From Frankiales bacterium (GTDB lineage: Bacteria; Actinomycetota; Actinomycetes; Mycobacteriales; SCTD01): 26,344 nt of DNA. Shown one piece after another: positions 17,072 through 25,134 of this stretch. Both the position numbers and the translations under genes were made by a program. How positions within the stretch are numbered: the first letter of the stretch is position 1; each line of letters begins with the position of its first letter. The stretch spans positions 1-26,344 of the forward strand of contig JAYSQK010000396.1 of NCBI GenBank assembly GCA_043721555.1. The letters are read 5' to 3'. Below the pieces are notes generated by a model, which was given only the letters and a program-made list of their open reading frames with translations, was not told where the DNA came from and did no database searches.

Positions 17072-17524
17072 TTAGCGCTGGACCAGTTGGAAATTCCACA
17101 CGCCCGTCACCGTCGCATTTTCCGCGACCCGATTCAGGGATCGCACCTCGAGGTCGATGACGCCAGGGGTCGGCCGGTTGGCGAAGTTGGCGTTGAAGGT
17201 GAAGTAGTGCTTGTCCTGCACGGCCGAGCGCTGCTTGGCATCGGCGTCGACGAGCTCCCAGCCGTTGTCCGACAGCACCTTGTCGACGTCGATGCCGACG
17301 AGATCGCCGTTGCGGACGCGGAGCACCTCGCGCCGGCCGCCGTGGGTGACGCAGTCTCGCTTGGCCACCGTCTGGCCGTCCCGGCAGTAGACCGCGGACT
17401 CGGTGCGCACCCGGTGTCCGCCGCTGACGAGGGTGACGGCCGGCGTCGGCTGCTGGCAGCCGGCGACCGCGGCGAGGGCGGCGAGCGCCGCCAGCGACGT
17501 GACGACGGGGCGGCGGGCGGTCAT
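17072..17524 (-). CDS. DUF2771-like lipoprotein
   Basis: ATG 17524 with SD GGAG; lipobox VAGC followed by QQPTPAVTLVSG...ESAVYC; syntenic position. Confidence 0.75.
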   Translation of the reverse strand: MTARRPVVTSLAALAALAAVAGCQQPTPAVTLVSGGHRVRTESAVYCRDGQTVAKRDCVTHGGRREVLRVRNGDLVGIDVDKVLSDNGWELVDADAKQRSAVQDKHYFTFNANFANRPTPGVIDLEVRSLNRVAENATVTGVWNFQLVQR

Positions 17525-17726
17525 GTCGGGGCTCCGGTCTGGGCTGGGTCGACCGCGCGGCCGGCGGCCGGCGTGATGGACTTGGGTCATGGCAGGAGTT
17601 GGGCGCAGGCTGCGCGAGATCACCACGAGAGTATCCGGCGCGATGGCAGGTGCCCGTGCCGATGGGGTCCCCGCACCGGCAATCGACAACACTGGTCCCG
17701 CACCCACCCAGCCGCAGGAGCCCCCC

Positions 17727-18518
17727 GTGACCCCAACCCCCGCGCTCGACATCGACGCGCTGCTCGCCGGCGCCGTCGAGCTGGCCCGCTCCGTCGCGAT
17801 CGAGGCCGGTGGCAGCTCCGTCGGTGAGCACCTCGTGGCCGAGTCCGACGGCGAGCTGGTCGTCACGCACAGCTTCGCCAGCACCGATCCGGCCTACGTC
17901 GGTTGGCGCTGGGCCGTCACGGTCGCCCGCACCGAGGGCAGCGACGAGGTCACCGTCGACGAGGTGGTCCTGCTGCCCGGCGGCGGCGCCCTCGTCGCTC
18001 CCGCCTGGGTGCCGTGGAGCGAGCGGGTACAGCCGGGCGACCTGGCGCCCGGCGATCTGCTGCCGCCTCCGGTCGATGACCGGCGCATCGTCCCGGCGTA
18101 CGCCGATCCGGAGGCCGACCTTGCTGCTGCGGCCTTCTGGGAGCTGGGCCTCGGCCGGGCCAGGGTGCTCTCCTTCGAGGGCATGGTCACGACGGCCGAC
18201 CGCTGGTACGACGGGGACCGTGGCCCCACCGCGCCGATGGCCCGCCAGGCCCCAGGCCGGTGCCAGGACTGCGCCTTCCTCGTGCCGCTGAGCGGCGCGC
18301 TGCGGGCGGTGTTCGGCGTCTGCGCCAACGCCCAGTCGCCCGACGACAGCCGGGCGGTGTCGCTCGACCACGGTTGCGGCGCCCACAGCGAGACCCCCGT
18401 CGAGCTCGCGCATGTGAGTGGGCCGGGCATGGTGGTCGAGGACGACGCGTTCGAGCTGGTCGCCATGGCGCAGCCGGAGGGCCCCGAGGCCGAGACGCCG
18501 GACGGGCACGCCAGCTGA
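17727..18518 (+). CDS. DUF3027 family protein
   Basis: GYxGWxW-like AYVGWRWAVTVAR, VTVDEVVLLPG, PAWVPWSER.QPGDL.PGD, RARVLS.EG, CQDCAF...FGVCAN...DHGCGAHSE. SD AGGAG 6 nt before GTG 17727. Confidence 0.9.
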   Translation: MTPTPALDIDALLAGAVELARSVAIEAGGSSVGEHLVAESDGELVVTHSFASTDPAYVGWRWAVTVARTEGSDEVTVDEVVLLPGGGALVAPAWVPWSERVQPGDLAPGDLLPPPVDDRRIVPAYADPEADLAAAAFWELGLGRARVLSFEGMVTTADRWYDGDRGPTAPMARQAPGRCQDCAFLVPLSGALRAVFGVCANAQSPDDSRAVSLDHGCGAHSETPVELAHVSGPGMVVEDDAFELVAMAQPEGPEAETPDGHAS

Positions 18519-21292
18519 CCGACGCCGGGACCGACATCGGCCACGACGCCGGGGCGGACCCGCACGGCACGGCCGCGCTGCGCGCCGCGGTCCTCGCCTC
18601 GTGGGCGGCTGCACCGGCCCGGTTCCGCGAGGACGCCAACGCCGAGGACGACCTCGCGCTCGGTGGCTACCGAGACCGGCTCATCGTTGAGCTGGCGCAG
18701 AATGCCTCTGACGCAGGCGAGGTACTCCGACTCCACCTGGCCGACGGAGTGCTGTCGGCGGCAAACACTGGCCAACCGTTGACCGCCGACGGGGTCGTCG
18801 GGCTCTCGACGCTCCGCGCTTCGGCCAAGCGGGGTGGCCGGACCGTCGGCCGGTTCGGCGTCGGGTTCGCGGCCGTGGCCGCCGTCTCGGACGAGGTCGA
18901 GGTCAGGTCCACCAGCGGGTCGGTTCGCTTCTCCCGCGCACTGACCGCCGAGGCGGTGGCGGCCCTGCCGTCGCTCGCCGGCGAGCTGGCGGCCCGCGAC
19001 GGACGAGTCCCCCTGCTGCGGCTGCCGTTTGCGAGTGTCGGGCGACCCCCGGCAGGCTTCGACACCGAGGTCAGCGTGGTCGTCCGTGCAGCGGCGGTGC
19101 CTGCTGTCGCAGCGGCGCTCGCCGGCGTCGACCCCACCCTGCTGCTGGTCCTGCCGGGGCTCAGCCGGCTCGAGGTCGACGACCGCGTGCTGACCGTCGA
19201 GCCCGACGGGCCGGACGTCGTCGTCGCCGCGGTGCGCTGGCGGGTCGTCCGTCGCGAGGGCGAGCTGGACCCCGCGTTGCTGGCCGGCCGGCCGGTCGAG
19301 GAGCGTGCACAGACCCGGTGGTCGGTCCTGTGCGCGGTGCAGGTGACGCCCGCCGGGGTCCCCCTCCCCCTCCCGGACGGGATCCAGGCGGTCGTGCGCG
19401 CGCCGACACCCACCGATGACCCGCTGTCCCTGCCGGCCTTGATCGCGGCGTCGCTGCCCCTCGGCCCGGACCGCCGCCGGGTCGCCCCGGGACCGCTCCG
19501 GGACGCCGTACTGCGGCACGTTGCCGAAGCTCTAGTGGAGCTCGTCGAAGGGCTCGCCGACGACCCAGCGCGGCTGCGGTTCGTGCCCGGTCCGCTCGGG
19601 GCGGGCGAGGTCGACGCGGCGCTGGGATCGGCTGTGCTGCAGGCGTTCCGGGTCGCGCCGGTCCTTGCGGGGGATCGGCAGCCGCGCGACGCCGTGGTGC
19701 TCGACGGCGCCACCCCCGACCTCGTGGACCTGCTCGGGGACCTGCTGCCCGGTGTCCTCCCGCACGAGTGGTCGAGGTCCCGCTGGGCCCAGCCCCTGGG
19801 CGCCCTCGGGGTCAGGCGGATCGACCTGGCCGAGCTCACCGAGATCCTTGCCGGGATCGACCGCCCGGCCGCCTGGTGGGGCCGGCTCTACGCCGCGCTG
19901 CCGCCGGACGCCGACCAGCTCGGCGCGCTGCCGGTGCCGCTCGTCGGCGGTCGACTGGCGCCCGGGCCCAGGGGGTTGCTGCTCGCCGACGCGGTGGTCG
20001 ACCTGTCCGCGCTCGGCCTGCGGGTGGTCGACCCCGCCGCCGCGCATCCGCTGCTGCTACGGCTCGGCGCGGTCGAGGCCGAGCCCCGCGGGCTGCTCGA
20101 GGATCCGCGTCTGCGGGCGGCGGTGGAGCAGGCCCTGGACGAGGAGGACCCCGGTCCGCTGGTCGAGGCCGTGCTCGGGCTCGTCGGCGCCGCCGGGGTG
20201 CGACCGGGCGAGCTCCCCTGGCTGGCCGAGCTGCCGCTGCCCGACACCGAAGGCCAGTGGCGTCCGGCCGGCGAGTTGCTGTTGCCGGACGGCCCGTTGG
20301 CCGCGGTCGTCGACACCTCAGCGGGGTTCGGCGTGGTGGCCGCCGGGACGGCCCACGACGACGTGCTCGCCGCCGTCGGCGTGCTGCGCGGCTTCGCCGT
20401 CGTCCCCGTCGAGGCGGCGGACGACGTCGACGGTCTTGACGACTGGCTCGACTCCCTGCCGCCCGGCGCCGAGCCGGGTCTGGTCGTCCGCGACCTCGAC
20501 CTCGTCCGTGAAAATGCCTGGCCACAGGCGTTGTCGATGCTCGAGCCAGCACTCACGCCCTACGCGGTCTGGTGGCTGGGTCGGCATCGGGTCCTCGACG
20601 GGCAGTGCCCCCTCGATCTGCGCCTGCCGGGCTCGGATCCGTTGCTGGCAGGGCTGTACGACGAGACGCAGCACCCCCTGGCCGCCCGGCTGGGGGCCCG
20701 CACGACGATCGCGGAGCTCGACCCGGACGACCTGGTCGACCGGCTCGCCGACCCTGAGCGGCAGGTCGGGCGCGATCAGTTGCGGGCGCTGTACGCCGCG
20801 CTGGCGACCGCCGCGCTCGACCCGCCCGACCGGGTGCGGGCGGTCCTCGACGGCGAGCTGGCCGTCGTGCCGGCCGAGGACGCCGTCGTGGTCGACCGGC
20901 CGGATCTGCTGGCCCGCGTCTCGCCGTACGCCGTGCTGCCGGTGCCCTTGGCGCTGGCCGTCGACCTCGCGCAGGCCCTCGATGTCGCCCTCGCCTCGGA
21001 GGTCGTGCCGGCTGTCGACCCGGGCGGGACGCCAGGGCCGTGGCGATCGGTCTGCGACGTCGACGCACCGGGTCGGGTGGTGGTCCACGACGGGCTGATG
21101 GCGTCGACGGCCGGCGGCGAGCAGGTGCCCGTCAGCTGGCTGGTGGCCGGCGGGGTCGACCACGTCGTCGGCGCCGACGGGATGGCCCGTGCGCTCGCCT
21201 GGCGTCTCGGCGACTGGGACGCGAGGCACGCCCTCGCGGCCCGGCTACGCGGTGACAACGATCCGGCAGAGAGTGATCTCGACCGGGTGTGA
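18515..21292 (+). CDS. Sacsin-N-terminal-like GHKL (Hsp90-like) ATPase domain protein; start codon probably CTG
   Basis: DP.GTAALR..VL.SW...PARFREDANAE.DL..GGYRDRL.VELAQNASDA (GHKL motif I), ANTGQPL, GRFGVGFAAV. No in-frame ATG/GTG/TTG between 18260 and the conserved N-terminus; CTG 18515 overlaps the DUF3027 stop. Confidence 0.85.
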   Translation: MTDAGTDIGHDAGADPHGTAALRAAVLASWAAAPARFREDANAEDDLALGGYRDRLIVELAQNASDAGEVLRLHLADGVLSAANTGQPLTADGVVGLSTLRASAKRGGRTVGRFGVGFAAVAAVSDEVEVRSTSGSVRFSRALTAEAVAALPSLAGELAARDGRVPLLRLPFASVGRPPAGFDTEVSVVVRAAAVPAVAAALAGVDPTLLLVLPGLSRLEVDDRVLTVEPDGPDVVVAAVRWRVVRREGELDPALLAGRPVEERAQTRWSVLCAVQVTPAGVPLPLPDGIQAVVRAPTPTDDPLSLPALIAASLPLGPDRRRVAPGPLRDAVLRHVAEALVELVEGLADDPARLRFVPGPLGAGEVDAALGSAVLQAFRVAPVLAGDRQPRDAVVLDGATPDLVDLLGDLLPGVLPHEWSRSRWAQPLGALGVRRIDLAELTEILAGIDRPAAWWGRLYAALPPDADQLGALPVPLVGGRLAPGPRGLLLADAVVDLSALGLRVVDPAAAHPLLLRLGAVEAEPRGLLEDPRLRAAVEQALDEEDPGPLVEAVLGLVGAAGVRPGELPWLAELPLPDTEGQWRPAGELLLPDGPLAAVVDTSAGFGVVAAGTAHDDVLAAVGVLRGFAVVPVEAADDVDGLDDWLDSLPPGAEPGLVVRDLDLVRENAWPQALSMLEPALTPYAVWWLGRHRVLDGQCPLDLRLPGSDPLLAGLYDETQHPLAARLGARTTIAELDPDDLVDRLADPERQVGRDQLRALYAALATAALDPPDRVRAVLDGELAVVPAEDAVVVDRPDLLARVSPYAVLPVPLALAVDLAQALDVALASEVVPAVDPGGTPGPWRSVCDVDAPGRVVVHDGLMASTAGGEQVPVSWLVAGGVDHVVGADGMARALAWRLGDWDARHALAARLRGDNDPAESDLDRV

Positions 21293-21300
21293 CGCCACCC

Positions 21301-21376
21301 CCGCCCCGCCGTACCGTCTGGTGTCGTGATTTCGGGCCGTTTTTTGGCCTCCAGATCACGACCCGAGACGGGAGGG
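21301..21376. repeat. Palindromic repeat element, copy 1
   Basis: 70/76 nt identical to 22847-22922, same orientation. Arms 21314-21330 and 21355-21371 with 2 mismatches; inner GGCC/GGCC stem. Confidence 0.95.
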
Positions 21377-21392
21377 CCCGGGAATCGGGCCC
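21374..21392. terminator. GC-rich hairpin between convergent genes
   Basis: GGGCCCG-GGAAT-CGGGCCC, a 7-bp stem; no U-tract. Confidence 0.4.
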
Positions 21393-21395
21393 CTG

Positions 21396-22070
21396 TCAGC
21401 GCAGCCGGCGCAGGAGCCGGAGGCCGAGCACGACGGCTGACCACAGCACGATCTGCGCGAGCAATGCCGGCGCCTCGGTGGCGAGGTGTCCGGCGTACGC
21501 AGCCCGCACCGTTGCGTCGAGCCGTGGCACCAGCGCCGTGACGGCGGGGTTGCCGGACAGGCCGACGACCGCGATCAGCACCGGCGCGGCCACCAACACG
21601 ACGACCGAGGCGCCGCCCGTCCCGGCAACGGCGCGTGCCGCGAGTCCGCCGACGGCCACCGCCACGAGTGCGGTCGCCAGTGCGAGGGCGAATCCGGCGG
21701 CCGCGTCACGAACCGGTACACCTGCGTGGTCGGCACGCAGCAGGGACGCGCCCGCGCAGCTGACGGCCAGGGTCGCGGCGACCGCGTACGCCGCGAGCAG
21801 GCCAGCAACGACCTCGCGAACTGGACCCCCGACAGCGAGTGTCGACAGGTGCACCTGATCGTCCGGTTCGGCGTCGAGCACCTGTCGGACCGACCAGGCA
21901 AGCACCGGCAGTGCGAACGAGATGGCGCTCGCCAGCGAGATTGCAGCAGGGGCTCGTGGGCCGGCCAGTCCCAGGAGCTGCACCAGCACGAGCGCAGTGA
22001 CCGGGGCGACCAGGCTTCGGCCGGCGACCGCGCCGCGCAGGCGGAAGCGGGCCAATGCGCGCACCCTCAC
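21396..22070 (-). CDS. ABC transporter permease (ABC-2-like, about 6 TM)
   Basis: Hydrophobic 224-aa ORF whose GTG overlaps the ATPase stop (GTGA). Confidence 0.8.
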   Translation of the reverse strand: MRVRALARFRLRGAVAGRSLVAPVTALVLVQLLGLAGPRAPAAISLASAISFALPVLAWSVRQVLDAEPDDQVHLSTLAVGGPVREVVAGLLAAYAVAATLAVSCAGASLLRADHAGVPVRDAAAGFALALATALVAVAVGGLAARAVAGTGGASVVVLVAAPVLIAVVGLSGNPAVTALVPRLDATVRAAYAGHLATEAPALLAQIVLWSAVVLGLRLLRRLR

Positions 22071-22795
22071 CGCACGCGCGGGGCCAAACCGCGGGCGCGC
22101 AGAGCCGCCAGCAGCGCCGGTGCGTCCTGGTCGGCGACCTCGACCTCGACGACGACGCTGCGGACGCCTTGTTGCGGGGTGGGATGCCGTACGTCGACGG
22201 TGCCGGCCTCGACGTGCCAGCGCTCGTCCGGCGACAGCGCGGCGGTTTGCTGCTGATGGTCGGTGACGACGACCCGTCCGCCCTCGTCGAGCACCTCACG
22301 GATGAGCCCGGGGACGGCTCGGCGAGCATCGGCGTCCAGGCCCGACCAGGGCTCGTCCAGGACCAACAGGCCGGGTCGTACGAGCAGCGACTGGGCCAGC
22401 CCGACTTTCTGCGCACTGCCTTTGGACAGCTCTGGTAGTGGCGTGTCGAGCAGCCCCTCGAGGTGCAGGCGATGCGACTCGCGCTCGACGGCGTGTGCGG
22501 CGGCGCGGTCGCCGAGTCCGCGGATGCGGGCCTGGGCGCGCAGATAGACCCCGGCCGTAAACGGTTGCCCCGACGGGAAGCGCTCGGGCGCCCAGCCCAC
22601 GACGTCCGGCCGCCCGCGGACGCTCCCGGTCGCGGGACGCAGCACGCCGGCCAACGTCCGCAGCAGAGAAGACTTCCCACTGCCATTGCGGCCGGTGACC
22701 TCCACCAGGGTGCCGGCCGGCAGGGTGAGGGAGACCTGCTGGAGTACCCACGGGGCCGTCCTGCCGTAGCGCACCCCGACCCCGAGGACCTCCAC
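22067..22795 (-). CDS. ABC transporter ATP-binding protein
   Basis: Walker A GRNGSGKS, signature variant LSKGSAQK, Walker B LLVLDEP, H-loop VTDH. Start moved to GTG 22795 (VEVLGVGVRYGRTAPWVL). Confidence 0.9.
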   Translation of the reverse strand: MEVLGVGVRYGRTAPWVLQQVSLTLPAGTLVEVTGRNGSGKSSLLRTLAGVLRPATGSVRGRPDVVGWAPERFPSGQPFTAGVYLRAQARIRGLGDRAAAHAVERESHRLHLEGLLDTPLPELSKGSAQKVGLAQSLLVRPGLLVLDEPWSGLDADARRAVPGLIREVLDEGGRVVVTDHQQQTAALSPDERWHVEAGTVDVRHPTPQQGVRSVVVEVEVADQDAPALLAALRARGLAPRVR

Positions 22796-22802
22796 CGGGC
22801 CG

Positions 22803-22808
22803 AGTCTG
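22803..22808 (-). promoter_or_regulatory. Putative -10 box (CAGACT) of a leaderless ABC operon
   Basis: CANNNT hexamer 7 nt before GTG 22795; same hexamer and spacing as the MFS promoter at 14200. Confidence 0.55.
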
Positions 22809-22846
22809 CACCACCCGGCCCGCCGTAGGCCCGACCCGTCGTACCT

Positions 22847-22922
22847 CCGCCCCGCCGTACCGTCTGGTGTCGTGATTTCAGGCCCATGTTTGGCCTCCAG
22901 ATCACGACACCAGACGGGAGGG
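22847..22922. repeat. Palindromic repeat element, copy 2
   Basis: Perfect 17-bp arms CCGTCTGGTGTCGTGAT (22860-22876) and ATCACGACACCAGACGG (22901-22917); inner AGGCC/GGCCT stem. Direct repeat of 21301-21376 at 1546 nt offset. Confidence 0.95.
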
Positions 22923-22929
22923 ACTCTGG

Positions 22930-23154
22930 CTAGGGCGCACTGCGCCGCCGTTGGCAGTAGCGCACCCCGACGAGGCCGAGCAGCACCCCGCACAGGCACA
23001 TCACCAGCCACCAGCCGTGCACCTGTGCGCCGAGGAGCGAGGCGATGCCAAGCACGACCAGGGCGACGCCCCAGAGAGCGACGCCGATCGCGACGATCCG
23101 CACGTCGTCGGTCTCGAGCGGCGCCGGGTCAGGCTTGCGCGCAACGGGGCCCAT
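22930..23154 (-). CDS. DUF2530 family small membrane protein
   Basis: P.PLE.DDV..VAIG.ALW...WW...CL.G..LGL.G..YC.RRR. TAACCT -10 box (23161-23166) lies 6 nt before the ATG. Confidence 0.9.
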   Translation of the reverse strand: MGPVARKPDPAPLETDDVRIVAIGVALWGVALVVLGIASLLGAQVHGWWLVMCLCGVLLGLVGVRYCQRRRSAP

Positions 23155-23224
23155 CGCACGAGGTTACCGGCGCGACACGTCGTGGAGACGGCTGCGCATC
23201 GCGGGCTCTGGCACCCTCTCGCGC

Positions 23225-24658
23225 ATGACGACCGTCGACACGACCCAGCGCCCAATGCCCGACCGCGCACCGACCGGCGGTCTCGACCGCTTCTTCCGGA
23301 TCAGCGAGCGCGGTTCCAGCGTGCAGCGGGAGGTCCGAGGTGGCTTCGCGACATTCTTCACGATGGCCTACATCGTGGTCCTGAACCCGATCATCCTCGG
23401 GAGCGCCAAGGACAGCCTCGGTCACTCGCTGTCGGTGGCCCAACTCACGACGTCGACCGCGCTGGTTGCCGCCGTGATGACCGCGATCATGGGCCTGGTC
23501 GGCAATCTGCCGCTGGCGATCGCGACCGGGCTCGGCCTGAACAGTCTGGTGGCCTTCACCATCGCGCCGACGATGTCGTGGCCCGATGCGATGGGCCTGG
23601 TCGTCATCGAGGGCCTCGGCATCGTGCTGCTCGTCGCGACCGGCCTGCGGCAGACGATCCTGGAGGCCATCCCGCTCGCCCTCAAGCAGGCGATCAGTGT
23701 CGGCATCGGTCTGTTCATCGCGTTTATTGGGCTGGTCGACGCGGGGTTCGTGACGACGCCGAAGGGCGCCTCGGTCCCGGTGCAGCTCGGTGCGACCGGG
23801 CGGCTGAACGGTTGGCCCGTACTCGTCTTCGCGGTCGGGCTGCTGCTGACGATCGTGCTCCTGGTCCGTCAGGTGCGCGGCGCGATCCTCATCTCGATCA
23901 TCGTGTCGACCGTCCTAGCGGTCGTGATCAACGCACTCGCCACCGTCACGACCTGGGGGCTGATCACGCCGAAGGTCCCGTCGAGCATCGTCGGCAAGCC
24001 CGACTTCGGCTTGCTGGGGCACTTTTCGCTCGGTGGTGGCTTCGCCAAGGCCGGCATCGTGACCGCCGTGATCTTTGTCTTCACCCTGATCCTCAGCGAC
24101 TTCTTCGACGCCATGGGCACGATCATCGGGATCAGCAACGAGGCCGGCTTGCTCGACGAGCAGGGGCGCCTGCCGGGGATCGGCAAGGTGCTGTTCGTCG
24201 ACGGCATTGCCGCGGTCGCCGGCGGCGCCGCCTCGGCGTCGTCCAACACCTGCTTCATCGAATCGGCGTCCGGCGTCGGGGAGGGCGCCCGCACCGGCCT
24301 CGCCAATCTCGTCACGGGCGCGCTGTTCGTCGTTGCGTTGTTCCTCACCCCGCTCACGACGATCGTGCCCGCCCAGGCGGCCACGCCCGCCCTGGTCGTC
24401 GTGGGCTTCCTGCTGCTGACGCAGGTGAAGGACATCCCCTGGGACGACTGGGAAATCGCCATCCCGGCGTTCCTCACGATCATCCTCATGCCTTTCACCT
24501 ACTCGATCACCAACGGCATCGGGGCGGGCTTCATCAGCTACGTCGTCATCAAAGCGGCCAAGGGGCGCGTCGGGACGCCCGGGCTGCTGCTGTGGGTCAT
24601 CGCGCTGCTGTTCGCCGTCTACTTCGCGATTGACCCGATCCAGCGAGCACTCGCCTGA
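23225..24658 (+). CDS. NCS2/AzgA-family purine (xanthine/uracil/guanine) permease
   Basis: LDRFFRISERGS...EVRGG.ATF.TMAYI.VLNP.IL, P.ALKQAISVGIGLFI, DFFDAMGT, IESASGV.EGARTGLAN, IPAFLTI..MPFTYSITNGIGAGF. Start ATG 23225. Confidence 0.95.
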   Translation: MTTVDTTQRPMPDRAPTGGLDRFFRISERGSSVQREVRGGFATFFTMAYIVVLNPIILGSAKDSLGHSLSVAQLTTSTALVAAVMTAIMGLVGNLPLAIATGLGLNSLVAFTIAPTMSWPDAMGLVVIEGLGIVLLVATGLRQTILEAIPLALKQAISVGIGLFIAFIGLVDAGFVTTPKGASVPVQLGATGRLNGWPVLVFAVGLLLTIVLLVRQVRGAILISIIVSTVLAVVINALATVTTWGLITPKVPSSIVGKPDFGLLGHFSLGGGFAKAGIVTAVIFVFTLILSDFFDAMGTIIGISNEAGLLDEQGRLPGIGKVLFVDGIAAVAGGAASASSNTCFIESASGVGEGARTGLANLVTGALFVVALFLTPLTTIVPAQAATPALVVVGFLLLTQVKDIPWDDWEIAIPAFLTIILMPFTYSITNGIGAGFISYVVIKAAKGRVGTPGLLLWVIALLFAVYFAIDPIQRALA

Positions 24659-24693
24659 GGTGCCCCCGAAAGTCGTGAGCAAGGGCAATGACC

Positions 24694-24699
24694 TAAGCT
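24694..24699 (+). promoter_or_regulatory. -10 box (TAAGCT) of a probably leaderless marR transcript
   Basis: TANNNT hexamer 6 nt before ATG 24706. Confidence 0.55.
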
Positions 24700-24705
24700 A
24701 AGGAC

Positions 24706-25134
24706 ATGCCTACCGTAGCCGACACCGCACTGGCTAGCGAGCTGCGCATGTCGGTGATGCGGCTGGCCCGTCGTTTGCGAGCCGAGCGGGTCGATACCTC
24801 GGTCTCGATCACCCAGCTCGCCGCCCTGGCCACGCTCGACCTGCACGGCCCGCTCACCCCGGGGGAGTTGGCCACGCACGAGCGGGTTCAGCCGCCGTCG
24901 ATGACCAGGATCGTCGCGGCCCTCGAGGCGGCCGGTCTGGTGACCCGCGCCGATCACCCCACCGACGGTCGTCAGGTGCTGCTTGCACCGAGTGTTCACG
25001 GCAAAAGCCTGCTGCGGGCCGAGCGGCGTCGCCGCGATGCCTGGCTCGCCCGCCGGCTACGGGAGCTCGATCCCGAGGACGTCGCGGTCCTGCGACGCGC
25101 CGCCGTGGTGCTCGAACGGTTGGCCGGCGCATGA
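24706..25134 (+). CDS. MarR family transcriptional regulator (Rv0880-like)
   Basis: LASELRMSVMRLARRLR...SITQLAALATL...GPLTPGELA.HERVQPPSMTR...GLVTR..HPTDGRQ. Confidence 0.95.
   Translation: MPTVADTALASELRMSVMRLARRLRAERVDTSVSITQLAALATLDLHGPLTPGELATHERVQPPSMTRIVAALEAAGLVTRADHPTDGRQVLLAPSVHGKSLLRAERRRRDAWLARRLRELDPEDVAVLRRAAVVLERLAGA

Noticed and set aside
21301-22922. Repeats as a CRISPR array or integron attC sites
   Set aside because: Only two copies, 1.5 kb apart, with genes between them. No cas or intI gene, and no RYYYAAC/GTTRRRY boxes.
23155-23224. Purine riboswitch upstream of the NCS2 permease
   Set aside because: The gap is only 70 nt, holds divergent promoter boxes, and lacks purine-aptamer consensus. 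The gene looks leaderless.
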